A stretch of 59,243 bases of DNA, counting the filler, from Basidiobolus ranarum (Eukaryota), in the NCBI GenBank assembly GCA_040143965.1. It is 10 parts of 10 records of this genome, joined end to end, with 100 filler letters (N's around TTAATTAATTAA, not from the genome) between each part and the next. Parts side by side here need not be neighbours in the genome. Positions count along the whole stretch, not along the records: positions 11,900 to 17,743 come from JASJQH010008362.1; positions 17,844 to 23,686 come from JASJQH010008363.1; positions 23,787 to 29,625 come from JASJQH010008364.1; 7 more parts are not named here. One strand, given 5' to 3'. Both the position numbers and the translations under genes were made by a program. Under the pieces are notes generated by a model. That model was not told where the DNA came from, did no database searches, and was given only the letters and a program-made list of their open reading frames with translations. Below, in pieces: positions 11,900 through 26,375 of the stretch. How positions within the stretch are numbered: the stretch's first letter is position 1; each line of letters begins with the position of its first letter.

Positions 11900-14800
11900 G
11901 TTATAGATTAAGCCTATGGTGTTTCTATATGAAAAGCATGTAATACTATATTGATCCAGTTTTCTTTATATGGTCCATGTACCAGTGCCTCAGGGAGTCT
12001 TCCTAGAATCCTCGAAGTATCCCATAGGATCATCACCATGTTTTACCACTAAAGAATCACAGGCTCAATCTAACCGTTACTGGGATTCATGATTGGTTTA
12101 GCGGCGGAATTCTGTAACCTGTTTGAGTATAACCAGGTTCTGGATTCACTGCTAAAGTCAGGTTTTGTCGCCACATTTAAACAGAATATGGTGTTTCTTG
12201 TACGATTCTGAAATCTCCCAGATGACTTGGGGCTGTATTCTTATGATTATGACAACAATTCTTAAATCTGTATTGCTAGTATAGCTTTCTCTTTGGCGGC
12301 AACCAAATGGTCTCATCAAGCTCCATTGTAAAATGAAATGCTACAGTGTCTTTTGAAGAGAATTTTCCTTGACGCTTGCCAATAAGTACGTTCTTATTTG
12401 TCTAGTAAAGTAGATTTATGGATTTAGAAAATTTTCTTGTAGTACGCTATAACACAATGTTAAGGGGGGGCATTAATGACTGTGGGAATACACCAGTGAA
12501 TACAAGAATCAACTGACGACGATGTGATTGCACATGCCAGAATGAGTAGAATGTATTGATTACCATTAAGCCCAAATGCCTCCTTAATCATGATTATACG
12601 TGCTGTGCTATAATTCAGCCATCAGTACTATCATGATTATACTGGTATTCTCTATCGAGGTATATGTTGTCACTAAACATTTACGATAAACTGAGGTTTT
12701 TGTTAATTTCCCTCTCAATTCTCTAGCATCAATGATTCTAGCTATTTCTCAAAATATAAATTCTGCTAAATCATTGCAGTGGGGTTTTCTCTTTAGTCAT
12801 TATTGCTTTTGGCTTGCATAAACTTGATGTAAAGGGACTTGCTTATCATAGATAATACATAAAGGTGAGCATACATTTAATGTTAATGTTGCAAAGACGA
12901 TGCTAAAGATAACTATTTTTCAATAAGGTGGCTTTCAAACTACATTAGTGAATCAATATCTAAAATTCACTTTATAGTTGCTAGTAAACGGCGACGTTCA
13001 AGCTAGAAGCACTCTGGTTACTGTGAAGAGAGTTATTTCTGTGGCTAACTGTGCAAAACATGGTTATATTGACACTTGAGTATTGAAAAAGTGCAAGTGA
13101 CATCCAGGCAAAGTGCCTCTGAGTTCCTTTCATGTTTTCACTTGAAGATAGAGAGGATTCTTCAACACAATTTAATTGAAATAGTAGGGGCAGTTACTGA
13201 TCATGAGCCGGTGAGAATAATTAAGGAATACTCATTAAATGGTGGCAAATATTGTGCCACTGGTAGAGTATAATCTCGTTGCATGCATCAAAGAAACTGG
13301 ATACAAGCAGTGGATGTAGTATATTCGAAAAGTAATATATTTTCAAGGTATATTGTATACCCGATTCTTAGACTGTAGTGGTAGTTCACTCGCACTGCAA
13401 CCCATTTCGGATATAATGAGACCTGTCACGATTATTCTATTATTGTTCAAGAGCACAGAATTCCTGAGAAAAATGGAAGATAACCATTTCAAGTTGTTAC
13501 CGTATCAAATGATGCTAGTCGTATATCGTCTACTTGATGATTTTTACTAGGGCCATGTTCCTTCTCAGAAACCTCCAGCAGTTGCTAACATTCTCCAATT
13601 GATCCAGACCAAAGTCAGATAAGTTTCTCTACAGTAACATGGCTTTTCTTGGATCCCAGTCTCGATAGGATATCAAACTAAACTGTAGGAGTTGCGAGAA
13701 AAGAAAGCCCCAGAGTACTCTTGTTCTTCCCCATTTGATTTAGTAATGTCGCTGGAGTTGTAATCACAATACAAGTATGGCATGGATATTTATCCCACCT
13801 CAAGACGGAGTTGTACTATAAATATGTTAATTAATATTGTCTGTAATGAATTGATATCAGCCAAATTGATGTTAATCGTGATTAGGCAGTTGATGCGAAT
13901 GGGGCTGAAAGGCTTTGCAGAGAAAAAGAGCTAGCAAATATACAACTAGGGATACATTTCTCCCAAGTACATTATACCTTACTCTCCGTCCTCGTTTCCT
14001 GCAGTAAGTTGCATCGGAATACGAATCAAATAGGAGATTGTGCGTAAATTATAATCATTCAAATGATGTTTTACAAATAAGCTTCTTCGACATAAAGTAA
14101 CTAGGCTTTTGAGCTGCCCAGCTGACTTAGAATAATCAAGCTACTATTTGTAATGGGCAGAGCGAATGAAAGGGGCACATGTTAATTCTATACAGTCCAA
14201 ATAAGTTTTAACTGATGGTTTTGGAAGTTGCTACTCCACACAAGCTAAGCCTTAAACATGGAGTCAACAGCCATAAAACATACAATGACGGCTAAGCCTA
14301 CGGTCTTTCTTACAATTTGAAAGAAGGTTTGGCTTAGAGCTCTACCATTCTCAGATTTTACTGAAACTATTCTGAGACTACTTTGCTCTACCGAAGGATA
14401 GCTCCATATGAAAACTATCCTCTCCATTGTTCTAGATTTCGGACTATTTATGGTACTGTTAAACAGCAGAGTAATTTAATTATACAACCGGTTCGAGATA
14501 TCTAAATCAATTGCTAGTTAGCCAGGCTGTAGCCGCATTTTCAACCTTTGAAAGCAGTAAAAAGTGTCAAAGGATTTGGTGGATTCGTTTAAGCCCCCTC
14601 CGCCTCTGTCGTTTCGATAGATACTGCCCCTTAATTCTAGGACTGTGTCTGCTACTACAAATAGCCCTACCAGCTGTCATCACCTCCTCCTTATCCATTA
14701 TTTTGTCCGCTGCAAGCTAGCACTCTCCTTGAAACCTTTTGCTCCTAAACTGTACCTATCCCTAATCGTATCCATTCCAAAGTACGATCTATTTTCCTAG

Positions 14801-15069
14801 CATTGTTGCAGCCTGCAACCTGGATCAATTCACTCACTGGATATCCCTTTTAGAGAGCTATTAGTTCCTTTACATTCTCTTGGTGTCCCTGAGTAGCTTT
14901 CATTTCTCTCTCTTCTTCTCGGCTCTGTGATCAATCTACCCACCACAGTTCTCTACATGCTGTATTTACCTTGAAGTCTTACAGCCTATTTATTACTATT
15001 CATAGGATCTGGTTCAATTTTATTTTCTTTCCATCTATAGCCAGAAGAACGCAGAACGAACTTTCTCCT

Positions 15070-16545
15070 ATGTACACCCGACTTCGTCATGTTATTCGTA
15101 GTTGCACTTTCCTGGACATCGTAAACTCCTCTGCTGTCTGGCTTATTATATACTTCTTCTTTAACCTCACTCTGACCTTACACAGTAAGGCTCTTATGCA
15201 ATTCTTCTCCTTTAAATTTCCTTGGACTTTGACGGGCCTCCATACATTGTGTGGTGCTGTTGGATCATATATGTTCTATTTACTTGGAATTTTTAAGCCT
15301 CGTAGACTCGGTGAGCGGGAAAATACCATCATGCTAGCTTTCTCGGTGTTATACACTTTAAATATAGCTATCAGCAATGTTTCTCTGTAAGATATCTTAT
15401 TCCAAATCACAAATAGTATAGTTTTATTAACTTTTTCTATCCTCTACTTTTGGTCTCTACTAGTCATTTGGTAACAGTTCCGGTATGCTAGCTGATTTCT
15501 TTGCGAACACACGGATTACCAAGATACTAACATTTTTTGGACTCCAACAGTTCCATCAGGTTGTTCGTGCCATGACTCCTGTGTTTACTATCTTCCTCTC
15601 AATCGTATTTCTGAAAACATCCTTTCCCTTGGCAGTTTACATCTCACTCTTACCAGTTAGTATTTTTAATATACATTCCAAGTGTTAGTTTTTCTAATGC
15701 TCAATCGGTGTTATCAGGTAGTGTTTGGTGTAGCCTTTGCCACCTTTGGTGACTACTATTTCACACCAATGGGTACATATTTAACTATAATCTGACGTTA
15801 AGAAGTATTTAATCGCTAACTTTGCTCGCGATAGGATTCTTTCTGACAATTCTGGGAACGGTCCTTGCTGCCCTCAAGACGGTAGTAACTAATCAAGTTC
15901 AAACTAGCGGCTTAAAACTTCACCCATTAGACTTATTATACCGCATGTCACCACTGGCATTTATTCAAACTTTGATATATGCATACATGACTGGAGAACT
16001 TCAATATGTTTCTTCATTTGTACAAACATCAATGACCTGGTCTTTGGCCCTATCGCTCTTGTTTAATGGCGTTCTGGCCTTCTTTCTCAATGTAGTCAGC
16101 TTTACTGCAAATAAGAAGACTTCTGCTCTCACCATGACAGTCGCTGGTAAGGATCGAATATGATACATGTGTAGTTGTTACCCACTCTAAATTTGTGCAT
16201 GTACTATAAGGAAACGTGAAGCAAGTTCTATCCATCGCTTTTGCCTTTCTGATATTCAATTTAGAGATCTCAGCCATGAACGCTATTGGAATAATGTTGA
16301 CTCTCATAGGCGGTAAGTAGCTACGTTTTTACCTTCACCAGATTCACATTCTTACTCTGTTATCATGATTGATAGGTATTTGGTATACGTAAGTTGCTCA
16401 GACACTGATAACTCATGAAAGGGGATGTACTAAGATTTATTGTAGGGTAATTGAGTATAGAAGACAGGAACACAACGTTAAACCCAAAGATATGCAGCAA
16501 ATCATCCAAGAACAGCCTCTTATCATCAGGATAGAGCAACCATAG
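15070..16545 (+). CDS. Triose-phosphate-translocator family (SLC35/DMT) nucleotide-sugar transporter; 8 exons (15070-15386, 15464-15482, 15551-15655, 15718-15772, 15835-16146, 16211-16312, 16376-16388, 16446-16545)
   Basis: YFFFNLTLTLHSK, FKFPWTLTGLH, NIAISNVSLHLVTVPFHQVVRAMTP, LHPLDLLYRMSPLA, SFTANKKTSALTMTVAGNVKQ. All introns GT-AG and in frame; start codon approximate. Confidence 0.92.
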
Positions 16546-17743
16546 ATGATTTTGAAGAGTAGCAAGTATATTTGCTAATCAATGCCTGAATATTCGGAGA
16601 TATCCAACTACCCTCTCATCTTCACCTCCTCACTTATTATTGTAATATACAACAGTCTCTTCAGGCCTTGATGTTTTCCGTTTCTTTTTCCTTGTCAATT
16701 GAATTTTATGAAGGCATGTGACTATAGACTATTCAACATTCCAACACACACTCACAACTCATATCAATCCTTTCCCTTCTTATGGAATGATACCTAAAAT
16801 AATATTGAGGCTTCCATCAGGAATTTTCTTTTACTTGCTTATTGGAATTGTTCTTTTACAACCAGTATGGCATGCTGCTTAAACATACATGTGTATATAT
16901 GCTTCCGATGTAGTATTGCTGGTATTAATGGTTCATTTATATATTTGTGTATGACTAATAAACTAAACATTAATTTTTCATGACGAACATAGAGATGACT
17001 GGCCTTTCCTAGAGTAGCTCGATAAACTAGAGTGCCCTTAAACTGAGTGAATACTATTAAATTTTCATATCTTATCTAAAGCTGTAGAATGGTGAAATGA
17101 ATCAGTTATGCCTGGTGAAGAAGCATTAGGAATTGAGTGAGAATGAGTATCGCCGTTATTAATGTTAGCACTATTGAGACAAGTCGAAAGTGTTTTAAGC
17201 ATCATTAGAAAGATAGCATCTATTTATACTTTTGTTGGACATGTCTTGAGATATCCCACTACCTTAAAGGCACGTTTACGATGAGACACCAACGCTGCAT
17301 AACGCATTCTGAATGTCAATGCGGTCATAATCAAATAGTCCGATTTTACCTAAATATCCTTTTATAGAACTTGGTAATGTTGTCACGTGATTGGTATTGT
17401 GAAATATGGTAAACTCAGCCAAATTGGTCTTCCAGGAATGGAGAAGTTCTAAACATCTTTACATGCATACAAACCCGAATAGTGATGGAATCTGCGGGGA
17501 CTTTATGCGAGTTGACTTTCTGGGATATTCAGCAGGCAAGTCTCAAGTACTCTTAGCCTCCTGTAGCAAACGCCCGATTACATCTGAATTTACCATCAGT
17601 ATAGCCTTGGGAATGTTTAAGATAAATTAACAAGATGCATCTTGATGGCGCTATATCGCTATCAGTAATCATCTCTGAGTACCAGCATCGAAGCATAATC
17701 TAATCAAGCACCAAACTCTCTCACCACTTCGAGGGCCTTGTAG

Positions 17744-17843
17744 NNNNNNNNNNNNNNNNNNNNNNNNNNNNNNNNNNNNNNNNNNNNTTAATTAATTAAN
17801 NNNNNNNNNNNNNNNNNNNNNNNNNNNNNNNNNNNNNNNNNNN
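17744..17843. other. Artificial contig spacer
   Basis: N44-TTAATTAATTAA-N44. Confidence 0.99.
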
Positions 17844-20800
17844 TTTTCCACACCTTTTGATACTCCCCCACAAACCCCTACTCGTACAGGTGGCACCTCG
17901 AGTGAAAATACTGCATATAGACCTCGACTGGATCGCGAGCAGTCTCGTAAATCGACGTCATCCAATTCTATTCAATTATCCAAAGAGAGCTTGCCTTTGG
18001 ATAGTGCCACTTTGGACGAATCCGCATCCAGTACACCGGCTACTCCGGAGATGATCCTATGCCGCATATGTGAAGAAGAAATTTCATCATATCAGTTAGA
18101 TCGACACTCTGAGCATTGTGCTATAACGCAGCAATTTCACATAAAGCAAGATGAAATCAACATTAGTTTACAGAGACTTGCCGGATCGGTTGCCAGAAGA
18201 CGACAGGAGTTGATGGTTAGTTGTTAGTGATTTTTCTATTACAGGATCATTCTAACCAATAACTTCATTCACAGCAATCTGGGGGTAGCAATCGTATGAT
18301 AAAAGATGCTGAGAACATTGAACATATGGTCAACAAGTAAGTATCAGTTATTGCAAATACTTGTGACAAGAAAGGATACTAACATTCTGTTGCAGAACTA
18401 TCAGAATAACTGAATCTGGAAAGTATGCCGCCTCCAAATTTCACAAGTACCGAGAGAAGCTCAATCGTATTGTTGGAAGCACGCCTAGTTCAGGAATTGA
18501 CGTGCAGATCATTAACTATGCAAATAGAGCCACTGGAATAGTGAGTAACAACAGCTACCAAATCACTTCTCCCCATTACTAACATTCCCCAATAGATTCA
18601 AGAAAAGTCGGATCTACTGTTCAAATTCCAGACTACCAACGCAGCTAACAACGTTAATTCCAACTCTTCCACCAATTTAAGCGTTCGTTCCGGAAATGAG
18701 CTTGCTGGTCCGGGGTACAATTATGGATATATCAACAGCAATCGCCGGAACCGCTCATTTAGTAGTTCTGCTTCCACCAAAACGTTGAATTACGGTAAGT
18801 CTTCATATGACTCCAATTGATCCATTAAGAGATTGGCTCATCGTAAATATAATGAATTCAGAAACAGATAGCAATTCTTCTCCTTTGGTTGGTCCATCGG
18901 GATCTAAAAGACTTGTCTCATTGTTTACTGCTATACTCCGGGGTGGCAGTAAGAGATCTGTATCCTATTCTGGATCCAGTAGTAGTAATCTTGAGAAAAC
19001 AGTAAGCATTTGATGAGCTATTTGAATTTGTAGAGTCCATGTCGTTAAACAGTCTTATAATTACTCAGACCCAAAGGGGTGCCAGGATGCCGAGCATTCG
19101 CGACTTCGAAATCTTAAAACCAATTAGTCGGGGTGCTTTCGGAAAAGTATACTTAGCAAAGAAAAGAACTACACATGACTTGTATGCTATAAAAATTCTG
19201 AAGAAATCGGATATGGTCCGTAAGAATATGGTCAGCCAAGTCATGGCTGAGAGACGAGTAATGAGTCTCGCCAAAACTCCATTCGTCGTTAAACTCTACT
19301 ACGCGTTTCAATCAACTGACTACCTCTATTTGGTAAGTGCTAATTTGGTTACTTTGATATATATATATATGGTCTTCATGCTAATTTAACCTCAGGTAAT
19401 GGAATATTTAATTGGTGGTGATCTGAGTTCTTTACTGCAAATCATGGGTGCCTTTGAAGAGGATATGACTCGTATCTATACCGCGGAGACTGTGCTCGCT
19501 CTTGAATATTTGCATAATAATGGAATCACACACAGAGACCTAAAACCAGATAACCTTTTGATTGATTCTGAGGGGCATATAAAATTAACGGTAATACCCT
19601 TTACACTCGATACTTGGAATAATGGAAACAATTGAATTAACGAATGCCTGGTTTTATAGGACTTCGGTTTATCCAGAATATCGGTGAAAGAAAAAGAGGC
19701 TTACTCCGGATCTTCGACCGAAAAGATGGTATATTTTTAATGCGTACTTTCTATGATTCAGTTATAAACTTACCTCCATATTAGAATCTCAGAGGTACTC
19801 TCAAGTCTCACAAGAATCTTCGTCGAGCTGCGCTTGAACAGTCCCTTCAATCTATGGCTTCACATGGCGCATTACGTGGAACACTTAGTCGAGATAAGAT
19901 TGCCTCTGCTCGATTACATGCTTTGAAAAACGAGATTATTCGTGATACAAAGTTGCTGGGAACACCTGACTATCTTGCGCCCGAATTGCTTACTGGAGCT
20001 GGACATGGTATGTTATTGATTGATATAAACTTCCGCTATTTCGACTAACATACAGCTTTTATTTAGGACCCGCTGTTGATTGGTGGGCTCTCGGAGTTTG
20101 TCTATTTGAATTCTTGGTAGGATATCCTCCCTTTATGGATGAAACACCTGAGACTATATTCAAAAACATTCTAAACCACGGTAAATTATTAACTACGTCC
20201 TCAAGTCATAAGATAAACGAGAGTTAATCCATCTCTTTTATAGCTATCGATTGGCCTCCCGAAGGGATTCTATCTGATGTAGCAAAGGACCTTATCTCTA
20301 AGCTACTTACAGTGGATCCCGAAGTCCGCTTGAAATCTGAAGGTAATGTTCATTAGCATGAAGAAGCGTTCTTGAGGATTACTAACCTAAATTTCTTCCA
20401 TCTAGATGTCAAAACACATCCATTTTTCGAAGGGATTAACTGGGATAATATGAGAGAACATGAACCACCCTTCATTCCCGATCCTATTGATCAGCTGGAT
20501 ACGAGTTATTTTGATGGTTAGTCCTTATAGTGATGTTATTTTGTCACAAATATCTAATGTAGAGTATACCTTCTATTAGTTCGTAACATGCGTGCTGACA
20601 TTCGGAGTCTTTCTACGGCAAGTCTGGCGGAAGTTGACAGCACTCCTCAAGCTCTCAACCCCCATACTCCTCTGATGGATATTGCTGATTCTTTGAATGA
20701 TGATATGTGTAATGAAATGCGCTCACCACCAGCGCTTGTATCACCAAAAAGAGAACGAAGAATCTCGGTGCTGCGAAGAGGCAAAAGCTCCAAGCTGATT

Positions 20801-21112
20801 GAGCAGTTACCTGTCCTTCGACCTCCCAGCGTATTAGATCCTGAGTTCGATGCATTCATGTACAAAAATGTGGACCTCCTCAATGAGACCAATAAGAAAA
20901 AATCCTCCATGATTATCACTGCTCAACATAAGCAACAACTGCAGCAACTCCATCTAAATGAAGCCGATGCAGCCATGAGCGCGCAGCTTCAGAGAGAGCA
21001 ATTTCGGAAGACCGAACGAAGTGTTTCTTCCGGTAATTTATTAGTAACCACCTCATCTAGTAGTACGCATCTTGTCAGGTCCAAATCATACGCCTCTTCT
21101 TCTGCTAAGTAA
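17844..21112 (+). CDS. Rim15/Cek1/Greatwall-like (MAST-like AGC) Ser/Thr kinase, 5'-truncated, ~13 exons
   Basis: C2HC finger [61 protein letters not shown] followed by an insert; [25 protein letters not shown] tail [12 protein letters not shown]. Confidence 0.92.
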
Positions 21113-23156
21113 AATGTTGATGCATTTACCCATCTTGGTTTCCAATCATTCTTCCAAATTCAATGTTCTACTTGTATTTTTACTAATATCATGTATCTCT
21201 ATCCACCTTTTATATTTTGCTCCAAGCCATTTATTCGTTCCCAACAGTGTAATATTATCGCATGATCGTTTCGTTTATCCTCGGCCATCAAACAGTTATC
21301 AATATTTATCCATCAGTACTAAGTGCGTGCTATACGGTCCATGTTTTCTAGAAGCACTAGATATGCTTACTCCTTCTCAACTGGCCATCTCCCATTACTA
21401 GAGTATCTTAGTGCCAATGGTAACAATATCGCCATAAGTGCGAGGAAATTATTTTTGAGTACTATTTTGCTTATTTCATTCAGTCATTGTTTTCTTTTCA
21501 ACCAATACTCCATCTTTATTCGAGTCAGCACCTTATAAATCAAACAAACCAAAAGTCTTCTTACATCTCTCCTCTCACCGTAGCAAAGAGCATTTCCCAT
21601 AGCATTCAAATGATAGTGATACTTGAGGATTGAATTCTTTTCACTAGCAAAAAAGGACTCATTTATCTTGAAAATATATCCGTGTCCCAGCTGAATGTAC
21701 TTTGAGAATCCAATAGATATGTGAAAATTCGGGGTAATCTTTGTCCAAGAGTCCTCTGAACAGCCAGCATTCACAGATGAACTCTTCACTGGTAATAAAC
21801 ACCATAACCTAAAGATTTTTGTTCCCTCAAGTATTTGGAAATTATATGGGAGAAGCGGTGAGATAACTGGTGAGAGATTGATGTTGTTATGGAAGGTACA
21901 TATCTCTGTAGATCGCAATATTTAGTCAGATTGTTTTGCTTCTGACAGTCACATAAAATTCAATATCATCTGAATAAAGATACGATACTCAGGAAATAGC
22001 ACGTGATCTCTTGTCGATGACTGAAATGTTGTGGGGCCTCGTTGGTTATATTTTTGACAACTTTTCATTTTAATTGAAGCTTCTTTGCGCCTGTTAAGTC
22101 AAAGAGGGTTTTGTGAAACGCCATCAATATCCATCGATATTCCAAATTCATCATACTGTAATGTTACACGTATATACCATTTACGTTGAGGGACAGGTTC
22201 TCTGTAAGAATTCTCTTGAAAAAGTTTTTTTATCATTTTATTTCCTACATCCATACACAGTCCCAGGTTCAAACAAGATTTTCAGTTATGTAAGCGTATA
22301 CTGACATCAGCGAGAACCCTACAACCTTATATTTAAAGATATCCTATTGAGTAAAAGATTAAAGGACGAAATATTGAGTATTGAGTTTACAATAAATGTG
22401 AAATTTCAACAGTGGGGGAAGGGGTATTGAAATGCCAAGGATTGTCTTGAGTTCAGGATATACAAAAATTTTCTAACCTCCCAAGCTCCTACTGAGTTGA
22501 TGTGGTGATTATTGAAATTTCCCCTTCAAAATGTATCAAATTGTGGAACAATCTCATGAAAAACTGGGCAGCATTCGGTTAGAAATTTGTTGATTATTTA
22601 TTATTGGGGTATTGACAATAAACAAGTATTTCCAAGAGATGAAACAATAGAGCTGGTTGTTATTGCACACCATCCAAATTTCACTCAATGTTAACGTACC
22701 ATACTTGAAGATACTTACGAACTACACCGGTATCTAACTACTCTGGAGGAATATACAAATGGAAATCTCAAGGTACCACCATCTCTCGAGATATCGACAT
22801 GCTAGAAAAATATCCGGATATACGGTGAGGATAAGGGCAGAATTCCTCGCTGGTTCAATAGAATATAAACATCTTGATCGGCATATAAAGTATTAAGGAT
22901 TGCTGAAAATGGTGGCCAAGATGGAACGAACCATACCGCAACCCAGTATACAACATTCGAAGCCCAAGTATTCTAGTATGTAATATCCATCACGTGTTAA
23001 GGGTTACGGCTTAGCATCAACTAGCTAAATTCAGAATATTATCTTAAACGTGATCTATACAATAACGAAAGGTAATATACTAGTATTTATTAGATAATGT
23101 TTCTAGTTCTAATATAATACAGAAATGTTGCTCTAAGTAATCTAAGCAAATATTTA

Positions 23157-23320
23157 TCAAAGGGTCTTGCTGAACTCCTCTAGACCATCCTTCTTCTTGT
23201 ATTGAGAATCCTGGATAACTGCTAGGGTGGCGTCAGCACTGAACTCACCCGACCATTGAATGAAAGTGGTATTATCATGGGTGATAGGGAGGAGTTGATT
23301 CAACAACGTGTGAAACAGAC
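23157..23320 (-). pseudogene. C-terminal fragment of a Bet v1/SRPBCC (polyketide-cyclase-like) protein
   Basis: Minus-strand frame reads LLPITHDNTTFIQWSGEFSADATLAVIQDSQYKKKDGLEEFSKTL*; no upstream exons recognised. Confidence 0.55.
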
Positions 23321-23686
23321 ATGTCTAATGATTACAGCTACCTAGACGGAAGGGTGATGTGCTTCGTTCTCCATACTTCTTAAATATTCATTACTTTGCA
23401 TAGTTTTCTTACATGGGATTCTGATCCTGGATCCTCCCCTTAACTTCATTGGTAACTTAATGACATGACCCACCAAATTAGGGAATTGAGTAGAATTTTC
23501 ACTTTCATGCTAGTTTGCCTGAATTTTTTTTTCCGAAGAACACACAGGAAGGCGTAAGAACAATGTAGGAGTAACGAACAAGTATTATCGACCTGAGAAA
23601 CTTAGTGACCATTGGGTAACGCTTCGATCATCAATATCCCGTTGTATCAGTCCATATAAAAGAATAAGACTCCGTAGATAGAACAT

Positions 23687-23786
23687 NNNNNNNNNNNNNN
23701 NNNNNNNNNNNNNNNNNNNNNNNNNNNNNNTTAATTAATTAANNNNNNNNNNNNNNNNNNNNNNNNNNNNNNNNNNNNNNNNNNNN
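23687..23786. other. Artificial contig spacer
   Basis: N44-TTAATTAATTAA-N44. Confidence 0.99.
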
Positions 23787-23833
23787 AGTGGCCATGGTAT
23801 GAATCAAACGTAGCCATAAGCGAAAGTACATAC

Positions 23834-24468
23834 CAGAAGCGTATTCGATGATGATGCCAATGTATTTGTCAGTCTCTATTACTTCAAATAATCTGACGAT
23901 ATTAGGGTGGTCCAAGGACTATTCGGGTAGAAAATTTACAGATTAGGAAAACCAGTTATATAAAGAATTTTTAAAGGCATTCAGATTGGGAACATATTAA
24001 TGAATGCATCAACTAAGTGTATATAAATGGTAGGATTGGGGTATATTTCATAAAGCTGTGAAACTTACTCTCAGAACAGTGATTTCTCGTTTAATTTTGG
24101 CCATTCTACTTTCGGAATCGACGTTTGCCTTCTTAATAAGTTTTATGGCAACCTATACAAAAAATTGTTTCAGTTTGAGAGAAAAGAAGGGGGTTTCCTC
24201 TGTATCTTAACAAAGAAAGGTGGCCTACCTCCTGTCCGGATTGGGCGTGAATTCCTAGTTTAACTTTGGCAAATTCGCCTTCTCCTAAAGTTTGTAGAAC
24301 TACATATGGGCCAAACATCGGACCAGGTCTGCGGTGATGTTTGAACGGGGATTGTCCTGGAAGGTTTAGCGGTGCCATCATTGATGCGGGTACTGACATA
24401 TGTCTGGAGCGGACGTCCCGTGATGCAGGCACCGATGCTTCATTGTAATACATTGTAGGTGGAGACAT
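23834..24468 (-). CDS. Kin4/Ppk1-like CAMK-group Ser/Thr kinase, 5' part (exons 24468-24229, 24152-24069, 23918-23834); continues off the contig
   Basis: [67 protein letters not shown]. Confidence 0.88.
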
Positions 24469-26375
24469 TAAAGTAGGTAGTATGGTATCAATTGCCTCGC
24501 TGATAAGAGAGTAATTTATACTTCGGTATAGGTGAACGATTCAATAGTGGTGAAACCTTTGACGATAAATATTAGTTTGCTTGCTGTAAAGGACAGTGTA
24601 GCACGGAAATTGCTTATAGTTGTTTGAATATAAATGTTAAAAGTCTAAATTGAAGTAAAGGATAAACGCTTTGTAACTCTATATGTGTATACTTGACAAA
24701 ACTGGGAGAGAAAAGGAAAGATAGTAAAGTTATAGTCCCAAGGGAGCTGCAATAATCTAAAAATCAAAGCAGTGATATGATGGGAATCTAAGGGACAGTT
24801 GTGTATTAGTAGAGAATGATACTGAAGGAAAAGAAGAGAGAAAAGGGAGCGAGACCCACAGGATATAGTTCACCTCTAAACACCTGTGCAATAAGCCAAG
24901 AGATAAAATCCAAATATAGGGACCAGAAGAATCAGTTGGCGAATAAGATCACACGCAATTGAATTCAATAATTGATATTACTGGTTATGTACTAAATTAG
25001 GGGTTCAATGCTTGGAAATGTGCTCGGAGTTGAGTAAGCAAAGGTCTTTTTGTGTCATTTAATCTGGCAAATATTTACCGGAGCTTTCTTCTGCATTCCT
25101 ATACATTCCAATTCTATGCCAATAGCTCTAACAATCAAGTCAAGGGTACATGCCGGATACACATTGCATCTACTTGAAAGCGAATTGCAGCAAACAATGC
25201 GGCTGTACGCAAATATTCTGACAATGGAACAAGCAGCCCTAGAGGATGCTCTGACTGGAGACGCCGAGCAGTGCGCTGTGTGAAAGCATTGTTAACGGAC
25301 AATGTTGAACAAATTATCAACCGACTCACCAATGCCCAAGCAAAGGACTGGGTTTTCCTATTTTTGGTAATCCACTTATTTACTCATTTGCAGCCCATCA
25401 GTTTAATCACTTATTACTAGTTCCATGTGCTACGCTTTTCCTGCTATTGACTTGACTACATAAGAGCCTGGAAGATCTGTATCCACTAATGGTATTGAGA
25501 CTCTATTTAATACGATCTCAGGTGCTGATTGGCCAGTGGAAATTACATCAAATAAATCGTTGCAGGAGTGCCCTAGAACTTGCACCTGAATCGACACCCA
25601 TTGCAGCAGTTGTCGACAATGGCTAAAACCTAGTATTCCATTCAGCATGTCCACATGTGTTGGCAAGAAAAGATGGTTTGCTGCTTGTTTTCAACTGGCC
25701 GTCCGGGCTCTCCTATCATCCGATGTAGCGCGCATCATGTCAAGCTGAAGTCAACTTTAGTCCGCAGCTCATCACAAATAAAATACCAGCACCAGTTCTA
25801 CAAAAAGAGAATGTGTGGCAGTTACATGCATATTACTCGAGAGAGGAGCAAGCCATGAGACTTGATTCATCTGAAGTCAACTCGCTGCGACATTGAATGC
25901 ACACACATCAACAGTCAGCACTAAGCATAGCCTCAAGCATCGACTACTAATAGAGACCCGTTACTAGCGTTGTGCACTGAGAGTGTGTATAAATGCTTGC
26001 TTAGCTATGCTGACTTTAAGCATACATATCCGCAGTATTATCCATAAGGGATCTAACGTATTCTGCTTACATAAGGATCGCACTATCTTCACAACTCACA
26101 ATGATGTTCACCGACTCATCTGCTGCCTAGATCTATTGGAGAGTAAAATCGCCATTTATACCATTCAAACTAGTTATTTTATTTCGAGACCAATCAGTCT
26201 GTGCCAGCCTTTGTCATAACGGGTCACACGTATTAAAAATCGATTCATATCTAGCAATCCTTGAGGGAAGGCGAAGAATCAAGGACGTAATAAATGGCCA
26301 TAACTGCCATATCTTCCAAGTAGCTCCTGGCAAAAAATTTATTTCCACGAAAACTACACACAAACTAGTTAAACA

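Noticed and set aside
12441..12603. Weak inverted repeat (ttaagggggggcatt / aatgcctccttaa)
   Set aside because: Short and degenerate, with no second copy seen; cannot be distinguished from chance or a very old MITE.
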